In this document: positions 50,527 through 64,000 of the stretch, one piece after another | Layout: each line of letters opens with the position of its first letter | Numbering within the stretch: position 1 is the first letter of the stretch | DNA from: Raillietiella orientalis | Taxonomy: Eukaryota | NCBI GenBank assembly: GCA_036172245.1 | Contig: JAYWIR010000022.1 | Coordinates: 3,038,001-3,102,000, forward strand | Length of the DNA: 64,000 nucleotides | Direction of reading: 5' to 3' | Notes under the pieces: generated by a model | The model's database searches: none | What the model saw: only the letters and a program-made list of their open reading frames with translations | Told to the model about the DNA's origin: nothing | Position numbers and translations under genes: made by a program

Positions 50527-53500
50527 AATCCTGAGTCTAAAGAAGTCACATGCTAACACTGAGGGTAGAAAAGTGAATGAGATTGTCTTCGTATACTGCA
50601 AACTTTTTATCATGTTTAGTCTGGACAGAAAATTGTATCTGGTTACTCAGAAATAAATTCTTTCCAATTCACTGGGGAATGAGAATAACTAGTTTTTGAA
50701 GCAGATTGGGCATTTGTGAAGATTTATTCTTGTCTTACCCTCTGAAATAAATTTTTGACATAAATTGTTTTGATTCATGTGTTTCTCAAATTAAATCAGT
50801 AATATTTGTAAATCCAAAAAAGTACAGCATGTGTTTTTTATTGTGGTTCTGTGTCATAGCTTTGAAATAATGAGTTAATAAATATTTGATATACCAGTGG
50901 GTGCAAAAGTAGCATTTTCTAATGCTGCATTTATTTTGCTTTCTTGCAATATGTATGTTTATGTTACAGTGGAGTTGGAACTGTAGCTTCATTGAAAATG
51001 ATTCATGTCTTGCTACATTGTGCATCTGCCAATGTGTAATCAAGGCTTTAGGTAAGATGGAATGTTGCAAATGAAAATCCAATTTCATTTGTAAAGGAGG
51101 TCTACATTAATAAGCATGATAGCTGATGATCATTTACTGTACATTGCATTGTCAATAGAAATACTTGATTTATGGTCTCCGAAATTCTGGCTTATACTAT
51201 AAATAATATGTTGTTTTAGATTGATGTTAATGCATTTTGAGGTGCCATCTCAAAAACATGGAAAACTGCTTTGAAATGCAAAATCCTAATTCCTGTGGGA
51301 TTTTTCTTACTTTTTTTTTTAAAAAAATTGCTCAGTTCTTCAGGCCACAACTGAAATAGCTCCCCATTTTTGATACAAACTTCACAATCTAGATGCTTTG
51401 TTTGGTCTGGGAGATGGTGCAACACCAAAACAGTATCTGTGGGCATCCGCATCCAGTTTTTAGTAACCAAGAGTATGTTGATTGAATTCCATTGCAAACT
51501 GCTTGCTGGAGGTTCATGAAACTACATGGAAGCAGTTATAATGAAATTGTCATAAGCAACTGAGGAATTCGTTTGATATGTTTGTATACTGGTGAGGCAC
51601 TTTTAAAACAAATTTGTTTAAATAATCCACTTAAATAATCCACGCATCGGTTGCTACTTAAGTGGAATCATGCTCCCAATTTTATACGTTTTCATGTTTG
51701 GTTGATGCTAAAATCCTGCCTTTACCCACCGAAATGAGTGTCTGAAGATAACTGCACCTCATTTATTTCTGTAAAATTATAGTCCCATTTATTATACAAA
51801 ATTTCCCAAATGTACAATATGAAAGCATCAGCAATTGCCTTCTCAGTTTAACTTCTTTTTACGTTTGCCTTCTCAGTCATAACACCCAATACCATGCTGA
51901 ACGTTAGGATTACACTTAGAATTACTTTACAAAGTTGGAGGAGTATCTGCAAGGAACGTGCAAAACGAAAAAATCTTACACATTCACTATACCGTGGAAT
52001 GTCTGACCGACAAATGACTTCCTGTATTTCAGTGTATCAAATGCTCAAAAGGGCTCTCAGCGTGCATTCTATAATTAGGAAAAGTGTGCAGAGCCCATTT
52101 TTTTCATAAAATTCCAAAATCCGGATTGATCTTTTGCCGAAATGTTGGGCAATGCAGCTGCAATTTCATAATTTTGCGCTGCTGTACAGCAAGCATAAAA
52201 CGTGGCCGCTTTGAAAGAACTGAATCAGAGTACGTCCCAATGTAAAGTGCAGTCCAGTTTTCACACACAGAGAATTTCCGAAAAAGAGTTCTTTTTTTTT
52301 TACAGACTGTACATTCAATAACAAAAATTTCATTATGATCGACAAGTAGTGACCCCTACGTCCAATTCATATTGTAACAGAAGCTTCGTAACGCATTTTA
52401 GAAATACACATCAATATACAGTAGAATTGGATGAAAGCACACGTCTGACTCCTGAGACTTATGTTTGTGCAACTGTACATTAAGATAGTACATTCAGTGT
52501 GAGATAATGTATATCATTGAATGATGGCAGAGACGGTGTTTGGAAATATGCAATACACAAACGATGAAAGGGAGTCAAAGAGAAGTAATTACTATTCAAG
52601 ACATAATGATAGGAAACCTCTTGAAAGTATACATTGTATTTACATTAATTATTAATGATTAATGTAAATATTTAGCAAAATGCAACTTGAAACAATGATT
52701 ACTGATTACTTTACAAATGAAAAGTAACACCCGTAATTCACAAACGGCGCAACCGAAACACCTGAACCTCAGGAACCGCGGGTTCGTTTTGGCTTAACTA
52801 TTCGATGTCCTGAAGTAATCAGAACTGTTTAAGATTCTGACGAATATTGCAGTTAAAAATTCAATGCAGTATTACAGATTCGCGCAATCGAAATACCCTT
52901 CCGGATTGTTTTTCCCTTTTAACAAATCTTTGGATCGTTAAGCTCAAGGATTTTGATACAGATTTCCAACTCGTGTTTTAATTTTTTCGACTTCTCAACT
53001 CTAACGACTTTACAAAATACGTTGCCTTTGTGAAGTAGCTCATGGTCAATAAACAAATAAAACCACAGAAAATGAATTCGTATATATATATCAAAAAAAT
53101 TATTCATGAAAATCATTGCTGAGAAAAATTGAGCAAACCCAAGGTCATGCATACTCTTTGAAAAAAAATAAGTTCATGAAAAATATTAGTCCATTGTATT
53201 TGGCAATATATCGTTAATGAAACTCTAAAAGAAAAGGTAATCAATACAATCAACTATGTCATTACTAGGGATTTAGCTTCATGGAAATGGAAATTCCTCG
53301 AAGCTTCTTAGCTTTTAAAAAATCTTTTGTTTGTTTGTTTGTTTATTTTCAGTCTGATTGCTTTGAAATCATGGATACAGTACTTAGAAATGTAGGTGTA
53401 AATTATATATACAGTACTTGCTGAAATCTTCTAGAGAGATTATTTTTCTCTTGAAACTTTTATTTTGGATGATTCCTGGTTCAATGTTCTTGATAAACGT

Positions 53501-53679
53501 CATTAGTTCCAAGAAATCTCTAGCATACCTTGTTCGCATTAACTTATGAGCTTCATTAGTAACGAAGTTTGACTACCTAATAATGGATTTAAAATAAAAT
53601 CGCTTATGACTTTTTCTGACAAAAATAAAAGAGAAAAAAGAGGTTTGCTATTCATTTCTCAGGTCCCTAGATATTCATC

Positions 53680-53960
53680 CGATCGTAAAATATTTCGACG
53701 TCAGACTCCGTGATTTATTAGCATGTGCTCAATCAAGAATCTCTTGCAATCTCTAGCTGTTGTTTCTATTATATCCCCTTTAGCTATAATCTTTTTTCTA
53801 ATAATGTTCCATGGATTACAGTTAATGATTTCTTTCCTCTTCTTTGTATTTCAGGAGTTTTAATATAATGTTTTGAGCATTCTGTGATTGTGCTTTGTGA
53901 TAGCCATAAGAATTTACATCAATTCATTTCAAAAAGTATATTATTAATTAAATCTTCCAT
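53680..53960 (-). mobile_element. Possible highly decayed gypsy integrase fragment
   Basis: PWNII...TTARDCKRFLIEHMLINHGV*RRNILRSD resembles PW..I and TA......L.E.I...HG.P..I.SD. Confidence 0.35.
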
Positions 53961-55180
53961 AATGATTCTCATATTTTCACACCGAATCAGTCTACCCAGA
54001 TACTTTCTTTCTTTCATTTTTTCTTTGTTTCATATTTTAGCCTCAAGGTAAATATAACTTCATGCTAAAATTCTGTTTATCAGTTATGAAAACTTCATTT
54101 GTGAAGAATAGTATTATGTTAGCAAATTGGGAAAATTGGTTACTTTACGGACTATTCACTTAATGACTTTTTCCATCTTTGTCATTTTCTGTAGCTTTCA
54201 TTCTTCAGTGATAACCACGTATGCCCACTTTCAATCCACTAGACACTAAAAAGTTTTAGCCCTGTAAGATTTATTTCATCAAAATAGTTGCTTCTTTCCA
54301 ATTCCCTCTGACTTTTTTGAACTCGAATATCTCGTCTCAAACCCTTCTGTGCTGGCCATTTTCTCGTCAAATCTTGGAACTCTCTTTAGTGACATCTATT
54401 ACCTTTTTATTGTTTCTTATTTCTTTTGTCACCGTATTAGGAAGTATTAGAAAGTCTCAGAGAAGTGTTGGAATGTTTTAAATGGATTTGGAACTAAATA
54501 TAGGGGATCTGTGGATCCGAAGATTGTTTTCAACAATTAGAAGAAATCATGTTAAAATCTGTACTAAGACTATCACAATACAATGGAAACTCTAAATACA
54601 TTGCACTGACCAGTGGAAACTAAAGTCTTAGTTTGAAGATATTGAAGACTTTTTAAAGATTTGCAGAAAAAATATATGATTAGAATGAGATATTCTCAAT
54701 TCTCATTTGAGTTGATTTTATGAACTAGATTCTGTCATCAACAAGAACACTTTGAAATCTGTTTGTTCAACTGTTTTGATGCATTGAATTTAGGAAATAG
54801 TATATCTGTGAGTTTTATGTATCTCATAGCGAATGGATTCTTCCAAGAACTATTAGTTGGTTAGAAGTCTAAAGAGGATCTTGAAGGATTCGTGTAAGAG
54901 AATCGAAATGATCTTTCGAAATTATCGGCTAAAGCAAACACTCAACATTGGAAACCAAAATGAGAGGTGATGGATATCACTAAAGAGAATCAACAAAATA
55001 GGTTTATTTTGTTTTAGTGATACCTTTTTGTATCATAAGGCTTGAATGAAAAGTCATTAGCGTCTTTTTTGGTTTTTATTTTCCAATAAATTTCGTGCAT
55101 GTGGCAATGGGTTTAAGCGTGGAGAAACATGATTAGGGAATGTGGAGAAAATCTGAATTTTAAAATACATCCTTATCGAC

Positions 55181-58100
55181 ATGAAAATTACCAGGAAAGA
55201 TCTTTACATGAACATACTTGATGTTGTGTTTTCACCATCAGCAGAATTTTTATGTAGTGGAAACAATTATGGAGAAATAGCAGTTTTTTCGTAAGTATAC
55301 TTACCATTATTTCTCGTTTGCACACACGAATAAGAATCCAAACGTAATTTGATAAACGTGACGTCAGTTTTCCAGATTATCCAGAAAATGAACCTTAATT
55401 ATTCTGTATTATTGTCAGATTGTTCAGTTATTACTAATACTTTTTCATATGGAACGCTTCACCCTTGTTTTGTTGTTTAATGTTTTTTAATTACTTAATA
55501 TTCTTTATTTATTTATGGATTCCACTCCATAAACAAACCTTACAACAATACCTCCTCCATAAACAATACCTCTCCATAACTTGATTATGTCATGTAGTAT
55601 ATCGTAATTCTAATTTCTTCACGACAAAATATTTTTCTAATTTGTATTTTATGGCAACTACAGGTGTGCTTTTTTTGGTTCTACGGGAATAGTATGTTGT
55701 AGTGCCAAAACAGGAAGTATGTTTTGCTTATTCATAAGTTTAACCAAGTAAAATTGTTGAGTTTGGAGAAGCAAGGATAGAGATTTGAGATACTTAGTGT
55801 ACTCATTTAATATGTATACTTTTGAATTTTGATCATTATGAGTTCTTTCATAAAAGTAGCATGATTCATATCAGCAATTCAACTGCTTATCCACCCTTAC
55901 GTATTCGGATCTTTTATGAGAGAAATTGTAACATAAAGAATTTATTTTCTTTAGATTCTAAGTTTAACAAGCATGTCATTTGTGTTCCCAAGGATTTATT
56001 GAAAGCATTTATTGAATTCATATTTCAGAAAGGTAATTCATATTATTTTAGAAACAATATAACATTTCAGAATTTATTAAATCAAAAATTATAATCACCT
56101 AACTAATAAAGTCAAATTCTTACATATTTTAGAGTGCATGTTGGAATGCTTTTAAGTAATTCTGAATATTTTTTTCACCCATTTCAAGCAAAATGGAGAA
56201 TAAAAGTATATACTTAGAATGGGTTTTCCTGCTAAAGTAGGTTTAAAAGTGAATTTGTTCATTCAATGAATAGTTTACCTTGGTATTTATTTAAAGAATG
56301 ATTGCTGTTTATATATTCTAATCACTCAATTAATATTTTAGGTTTTCTAGTTTGTTCTGTAGCTTTGATCATGTTGATCCAATGCTTTAATTTAGATGAA
56401 GTTTAGAGCGAATTTCAAATTTTCTGGGTACAAATTAGTTTAGTTTATGTATGATCATTACCAGAGTATTCTTTAATTGGTGAATTAAATATAAAGACAA
56501 AGAAAAACAAGAATTCACAGTTTACTTTTTACTTATTAAGAAGTGGAAGTCTTTTCGAGCATTACAAAGTTCTACCTTCAAAATAGCAAATGTATTACTG
56601 TATTAGATGAATGAAATGTGATTTATGATTGAAGTTTGATCTTTAGTTGAAATGATTCATGACAGTTGTCAAAGTTTTTCACAACTTATAGGGCATGATA
56701 TGTGGACTGAACTTCTTTGTTTTTGGTATTGAAACGAACAGCAAGAAACATGATGTGAAAGTATTTAACAATGTACAGTAAATATTTGATTGTAAAGGAG
56801 TGCTCCATTAATCTGTCTGCTTTGTAATAAGTTTCCCAGTCAAGTGCATCATGGTGTGCTGGAAAAACAAAAAGGCTTATGTACTTATATGTTTGACTTA
56901 TAATGAAGATTTTGATTAAAAATCTTTGTATTTCCTATTAGTAAGTTGTTAAGTGCCAACAAAGCTATACTCTTGTAGGAAGTTAAGAAATGACTCCGTT
57001 AGAAATTATTGTACTTATCCTTGGATAATATTTTATTTTAGCTGATGTGGGATCAATTCAGGCAGGAACACAAAGCAGATTTGATAAATAAGATTTACAC
57101 CATTTTTCACAAATTAATGACTTCTGGAGGATTCACATAACATCAAAAATTGATTATTGGGGTGGGAATAAAAAGGCTATTGCCTTCATTTGAAAGCATT
57201 TGCTTGCTGCTTAAAAATAGAAAATCAATTGGTTAGCAAGAACAAATTTAAAATCTTACTTTCGGTTCTTGATGTTTTGATACTGGATTTGTTGTTTATT
57301 CATTGCTTTTTAAGGAGTCTGAAGTCAAGTAGAACCCTTGTAGTTTGCAAACAAACTTCACATTGTTTCACTGATTGATTATATGAGTTAGGAAATGTAT
57401 GCATTTTTTTTTTTTTGTAATCTACTTCATCATTTCAGCCTTTCCAATGTGTTGACACTTAATGAAGCACCAACTAAGGACGATCTTTCTCCATCATTTA
57501 CATTCTCTGCTCATTCAAATTCAATTTATACACTTGCATGTACAGATACATTCCTGATTTCTGGAAGTGTAAATGAAATCCATGGCTATAGATGGGATGA
57601 ACTTAGAAAAGAGAAATCAGGCAAGATCTCATGGTGCATCAACCTTCCTTCAAATGCGTAAGGAACATGTTACTCTTTACTTATTACTTCATGCATGGTA
57701 GTATAAATATTTCATTTTTCTTAATGATGGCTTTGTAATTCAAAGTAACACATGTCTTATGCATAGGTATACATTGGAAAAACCAGAAGTCAATTGCATA
57801 GCAATTGAAGATGATTGTTTATATGCTGCCTGTGGTGATAACAATATCCATATTTTTGATTTGGGAACTGGCCAGCTGATGTCTACTCTTCATGGGCATA
57901 CTGATTATGTTCATTGTGTTGCAGTCAAGTAAATTACGTTTTGAAAGCAATTGTTTAAAGTTATGCATGAAAGTTATTTTTGAGGTTTTTAACATTTTTC
58001 AATCAATTTCGTGATTTTGCGGTGTTAATATTTCAGAAATGCATTTTGTGTTTCTGGTGGAGAAGATGGAACGGTTCGATTTTGGGATAAGAGAGATCAC

Positions 58101-58617
58101 CGTGAAACATTGCATCTGGAACCATACAAACATGATAAAACTGCAAGAAGTAAACAAGGAAAATGGATTTCTTGCCTCGATGTGAATGAAGACTGGATGG
58201 TATGTTGTAATTCAATAAATAACACTAACTATAGTTTTATCTCCCTAGGTATGTGGTGGTGGACCAAATCTATCTTTGTGGCATGTTCGAGTTCTAAAGC
58301 CAACGTCAGTCTTTCCTCCATTAGATTGTGCAATGTATTCTGCTTTACTGCACGAAGACCAAGTGATTGGAGCAGGCAGCTGTCCATTTGTTTACTGCTG
58401 TAATTTCAGAGGAGAAATTTTGGCCCAAATTCCTGCCTCAGCATCTTGTGTTTTCTCAGTGGCATTGCACTCTAATGCCCCTTTGGTAATGTTATGTGTG
58501 TGTGGATCTTGTGATTAGATTTTTTAGGTGATGGCTATTGGAGGTACCTGCCATCAAATTGATATTAGTACTACACTTCGTTATCGAGAATTAATTTTAT
58601 CTGCTTGCAATTCTTGA
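55181..58617 (+). CDS. THOC6: THO complex subunit 6 (WD40), six exons, 326 aa
   Basis: Exons 55181-55290, 57439-57657, 57767-57928, 58037-58199, 58249-58485 and 58528-58617 are all GT-AG and total 981 nt in frame. Motifs FSPSAEFLCSGNNYGEIAVFSLS, PEVN, GHTDYVHC, SGGEDGTVRFWD, GKWI and DWMVCGGGP are characteristic of THOC6. Confidence 0.95.
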
Positions 58618-61600
58618 AAATTGTTGGCATTTGGAGACAACATTTATATCTATAAAGTCGCTACCTGGATGAATTTCATGTATTAATGATTGCAGTTTGT
58701 CAGTTCATACAACATGCAGAAAGGAACTGAAATTACCATAGATATGGTGAGATGAAGAAAAAAAGCATTGTGAACTTGATGGTTCAAATTCCCGCAAATA
58801 GTGAATGTGAAATTTTCCATTGAATGACTCCCTGGTTTCATTTGGAAATATGTAATTTAGTGATGAAACGATTGTACTTATAATTCGTGTTATATGGCGA
58901 TTGATGTATGCCGTTTTTATCCAGAAATTTATATGTTGGAATGCATATTGCGTTTTTGTAAGAATAGAAAAAAAAAATCATTTGCATATCTAGCAATATA
59001 CCTATTTTCATATATTGTTCCATATTTGGCGAATTCCAGGAAAATTGCACTTTTAAGAGAAAGTGTAATCATTATATGCATGTAAGTCTGTCAGTATCTG
59101 TGTTAAAGATATTCCGGGAAACGCTAATCGAAATCTGGAATCAAAGTTGGTAACAACTCGTTTGCAAAATGTGTGTTTAGTTTTAACACCGTGCTTCTGC
59201 TCCTGCGCATTTATTTCCGGGATTTCTTGGATTAAAGAACAAAAAATCCTGTAGACAAATAGTGATCAACGGCTGGAACACATTTTTGTTAGAGTGGAAA
59301 ATTGCTTTGTCATGTTCGCTATATTGTTATAGAAATAGTTCAATTAATCTCATTAGGAGTATATCAGTTTGGTTACCATGTTTTTTTTCAAGGAATGAAA
59401 GCTGATGCAGTTTTCCATCATCTACCTAAAGCTTGGAGTAACTGTTTGACATGACCTTGAATTAATTAACCAAAAGGTCATTTGAGCATCAAACTCAATA
59501 AGGACACAAGGGGAGAAATCTTTACCCAAAATGCACGTTTCGTAATAAGAAAACATGTATTTTTATGGAAATCACATACAAATGAATATGCTTGCGTTCT
59601 TCAATAGCTATTTTTGCTAGAAATAATTCAAAATCACATTTGCCTAATAAGCAAAAGCATGTAATTGTTATTCCCAACCATGTTGAACCATTTTTTCTCT
59701 CCTTGGGATTAAAACTTCCCTTAGTACTGGCACAATTATTTGATTATTTATATTAGTTTAGAAACAATAAAACAAAAAATTATCTGAATATAAAAAATGC
59801 ATATGGGCTTATACATCATTTTTCCTTTGATTAGACACTGATAACCTAATTAAATCCTATAAGCCGTAAAACATGAGATACTTTGAAGCAGACGGATTGA
59901 TGGTGTATTTTGATGAAATGCAAAGATGGTTTTAGAAGTCTGAAATTCCTTCAAAGAGAAACTACCACAAGCCTAAAGTTTTACATCACAGAAAGCTCAA
60001 TCTATCGTAGAATCATTTGAAGTCACTCAATCACTTTGTTTCCAATTTTTCAAGCCTTGTATAGTGATTTGTCAAAACTAATAACTATAGCTGGTGAAAG
60101 AGCCATTGCTGTGTTTACCAGACATTACTGAATGCTGTGGAAGCAAAAGTTAATGAGAAATATAACTCCCAAGATGCAAAGAGAATGAGGACGTTCATTT
60201 TCTAGTATTTCAATTATCTTGAAAACGAGGTAATCTGTGTGTTTTGTCAAAAGTTGCAAAAACATGATATACCTATGTGTGTGATTTAGTCATATGATAG
60301 CCATTACATCGGGAATTATGGAAGACGCATGTCTTAGATGGGATATCATGCAAAAGTATGAATTCTGTTTTATGGTTGTAGGATTCATAAAGATGTTGAA
60401 TCGCACAAAAAACAGGTAGTGATAATTAATTAATAAAAAAGTTGTCGCGATTCGGATAATCAAGAAGCACATGGTGAAAGATCAAAGGATAGAAAATCAA
60501 TGATGGTTGTTATGTATAGTTATTACCATCGGACAGCGGTAAAGCAGGCCAAATTTTCCAAGAATGACACAAAAAAAAGGTATTAAAATATCTTGGATAT
60601 CCTTTGATATGCATGTGGAGATGCGATCCAAGATAAGGTTGATGTTGGTAAAATTTTCATGTTGGTAAAATTAAGGTTGTTCAATAGCTAATTTTAATCT
60701 CGATAAACGAATAATTGTTGCATGAGATACCGAAGACATCACTACCAAAACAATCTAGCTGTGATTCTTTTAACATTGGAAGTCAGTGTGTCCAAACAGA
60801 CATCTTATTCTTTTGTCCCATCTTTTAAGAAGTAATGATTTTTGCTATTTGATATGGTATGCAGATTCATTATTGATACATCCAAAACGATGAATCATTT
60901 GGAAAATGTCTTTGGAAATAAAAGCTTGGTTCTTTAAAATTGTTCTTAAGAGCTACGAGTTGCGAAAAAATTCGGAATTTCTTCAGTCTTTGCAACCGAC
61001 AAGGTGTTCTAGTAGTGAGGCACACGAATTTTCTCTAGAAGCTATGGGAAAGTAAACAGGAATTTTCAAGATTAATGAACTTTCATGGGTAAGCACCGTC
61101 CTCAAATCCAACAGACAATGCAGGCTATCGCTAGATAAAAATCATAACAGACTTTTATATGATAGACATATCCAAAGAATAGAAGAATACAGTGTATAAG
61201 TCTCATTTGAAGAGATTGAAATTCGGAAATTATGGTTCATTTTTTTCTATCCTCTGGACTTAATCAAAATTTAGTGATGCATTCATGAATCAGTGCTGGA
61301 ATGGATATGTAATTACTGCAAGAAAAAATTGCTTGCTAGCTTATGTTGGTATTTATTATACTCAGCAGCCCACATCTTTATATTTATTAACTCGTATGCA
61401 TTGAAAGGAAGCTTTCTTTGGACTGAATTTCTTGAAGACTAGCATTTGGGAAGCTCTCTGAATCTCATATGCTGGGAGCATTCTAGAAGTGTCTTTCAGA
61501 ACAGCTAAAGACATTCAGCCTTTCAGTCTTTCTGGAATAAGCTTTCAGCTTCAGTCATGTATTTCACGTTGTAAATTTCTGTCATACAGCAAGTCATCCT

Positions 61601-63035
61601 CGAAACTTCTTCGTTATACGTTTAAAGCAATTTATAAAGGAATTAAGACTCATGTCTAAAGAAATGAGAGCTTTGATGAGAGCAGTGATTTACTTCTATA
61701 TTGAAATGAATCCTTCCATCTTGCAGGATTTGCATATCCATGATTCCCCAGAATACCAAAGTAGCGATGCATACTCTGATTTTGTTTGTCTGATTCCAAA
61801 CTGTTTACTGTTTCGCACATTTTCAAGAGAAATATAATTAGCCGTTAAATAGCTTCCAAACACTATCGTTTGATGGATTGGATTGGGGGATGTGGTTTCG
61901 ATTTTAAATACTTTAAATATGTATGTGTGTGCAGAATCATACACATAAATATTTAAAATAAGATAGTCATTACATCGAGAATCATGGAAGAAACGTACTT
62001 TAGCTGAGATCTCATACACAAATAAGAGTTCTGTTTTGTGGAAGTAGAATCCATTAAAATGTCATCTACTCTTACGAGAAAGCCTACTTGTCGTTCCAAT
62101 TCGGTGGGCTATCTTTCGTAGATGGCATTCCTCAATTCTGAAAATCCTTCATTTGCATGCTTTGTTTTCTGTACTGAAACTGGAGTCCTTTTCTCCATTG
62201 ACTGGTAAATAATAAAATTTAATAACTTGTTCCTCTTTGCTGTCACATCTGCCGAGATGGTAAGAGTACGGGGAATTACAGGAAACTGGTTCCTCTTTTC
62301 CTCTGCCCGTATCCTTAGTAATTGATTTTCTCTCTTTTTTTCCGTCTTTTTGTCCGATGGTGAAGGCTCGACCGGGGAATTTGCAATGAATTCGAAAAAA
62401 CAAAAGTACTCCTCAACCCTCATCGCTGACAATTCGATTAATTTTCTGAAAATTGGAATCAAGGAGTTTGGCATTTTCTCACCTAATAATTTCAATTGCA
62501 ATTGTTTTTATATCCCGAATACGTCAATGGTTATCCTCCATTCAGTCAACTTACATGAGCTGATGAATGCCTTCCTTCCTCTGTGCATGCAGTTGAATAT
62601 GATTCCTAGGTTGGATACGTTCCCTGTTTAGTTATAATGTTGAAGTGTACATTTGAGTGTGAATTTTTTTTTTTTCTTTAAGCAAGGTTATCGAGGTCCT
62701 GCACATCAGCGTAGGCGCGAACAGAAGGTTTAGTTTACAAGTAAACTCCGTTTGTTTGTGTCCGTATGTGTCCGTACCTTTGGTTTGTAATTACAAAGTT
62801 GAAGTTGCGTCAAGCTGTGTTGTACAGTTCATAAATTTTATCGATCATATGGTTTGCTGTTTGAATCTCAGTGAAGAAACCAGTAACATGTCCCCCCTTG
62901 TTTGTATTCACGTTCAACAATTCTTAATTTATCCATTGATAGGAGCTGTATTTGAGTTTTCGAGAAACTCTTAGAAGAATCAAATTTAGAAGTAGAAAGA
63001 GGTGAATAAAATATAAAAGTAGATAGGATTCAAAT

Positions 63036-64000
63036 ATGAAAACTTATTTCAATGTGTACAGTATTTCCTTACTCATCATCGGTTGTTTTTCGATTCTAAT
63101 TATGTTTTCAAGCATGAAAATTGAATTTGCCACTCAAGCAATAACTGGCTTGCGAGCTTGCATTGTAAACAATATCAAAAGAGTTCAACCTTTCCTTGTT
63201 GAACTTTTAGAAGATTCTGAAATTAGGCTGCTAACAAGAGAAGAATTATACACATTTAGAGCAGATAATAAAGAAAACAATCCGATATATATTTCTTTCC
63301 TAGGCAAAATATATGATGTCACCAAGGGATCTAAACATTATGGTCCAAGTGGAAACTATAAATTTTTCACTGGTAATGCTATATTTCTCAACTGTACATG
63401 TAGTTTGTGGAAGCAGTAATTTGCTACACACCTTTTTAAATGTAGGTGTTGATGCATCGAGAGCTTTTGTAACTGGTGACTTCAGCCCAACAGGTCTTAC
63501 AGATGATCTTCATGGTCTAGATAAACAGGAGTACAATGGCATTCTTTCTTGGATTCATTTTTACGAAGATCAGTACCCTTTTGTAGGTATGTTAAACTGA
63601 TTTACAAATCAGTGACTTTTTAAAATGAAATCAAAGGGAAGTTGATTGGTCGCTTCTATACTGCTTCTGGTGAACCAACATCAGAGTTGCAGGAAATCAT
63701 GTCTTTGATAGATGAGTCTGTAAGATGGAATCAGAAGAGTACTTTAGAGAAAAAAAATTTCCCATCATGCAATATTGAATGGAGTAAAGAAAAGGGGACT
63801 AGGTTGTGGTGTTCCAAACAAAGGTAAGAGTGTGCATACAAAACATGCGGTCATTACCAAAGAGTCCAGTGGTGGTGTGCCCAGGGATTGGATTGGTGTA
63901 CCTAGACTGTTATTCCGAACTGGTCAACCTATTCGTTGTGTTTGTGTGCAAGAATCCATGTCCAATACAGATTTGTTGAAACTAATCCAAGGTGATGAAG
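63036..64000 (+). CDS. CYB5D2: Neuferricin (cytochrome b5 domain-containing protein 2), 3' end beyond window
   Basis: Exons 63036-63372, 63446-63586, 63637-63823 and 63870->64000. The protein has an N-terminal hydrophobic segment and YISFLGKIYDVTKGSKHYGPSGNYKFFTGVDASRAFVTGDF, YPFVGKLIGRFY, FPSCNIEW, WCSKQSGGVPRDWIGVPR and RCVCV. Confidence 0.95.

Noticed and set aside
55291..57438. snoRNA or other ncRNA in the 2.1-kb first intron of THOC6
   Set aside because: No convincing C/D or H/ACA box pair with a terminal stem was seen by eye.
58700..62000. Possible decayed RT (KYLGY near 60587-60601) or hidden gene between THOC6 and CYB5D2
   Set aside because: The motif is isolated, stop density in the frame I translated looks random, and I found no consistent exon chain.
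62109..62501. Minus ORF with TLTISADVTAK, faintly like bunyavirus RdRp motif A
   Set aside because: It lacks the conserved KW, and no motif B or SDD was found downstream. This is not enough to call an endogenous viral element.

Overview
Eukaryotic genomic DNA, probably from an arthropod (the eIF5A C-terminus CTVLKACDEECVIAIKT is arthropod-like). The window has two compositionally distinct halves. (1) About 1-46.5 kb is GC-rich and packed with heavily decayed, fragmented transposable elements in both orientations. Most are L1/Tx1-like non-LTR retrotransposons, with remnants of ORF1, APE endonuclease, RT and the C-terminal CxxC zinc finger. There is also a Ty3/gypsy integrase remnant, an internally deleted piggyBac, a hAT MITE, and one candidate intact gene for a secreted protein with GM[S/P]Y repeats. 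(2) About 48.5-64 kb is AT-rich and holds three clear housekeeping genes: intronless eIF5A, six-exon THOC6 and neuferricin/CYB5D2 (which runs off the window). Several of their introns are only 42-50 nt. The most notable signal is that four LINE 3' ends lack a poly(A) tail and instead carry a conserved ~33-nt motif (AATAAACGCCCCGGCGTGACnGG..G..AACCC), in three cases followed by same-strand LINE 5' remnants, which suggests head-to-tail or self-targeted arrays. All TE calls come from motif recognition by eye across frameshifts; no database searches were run and TE boundaries are approximate.
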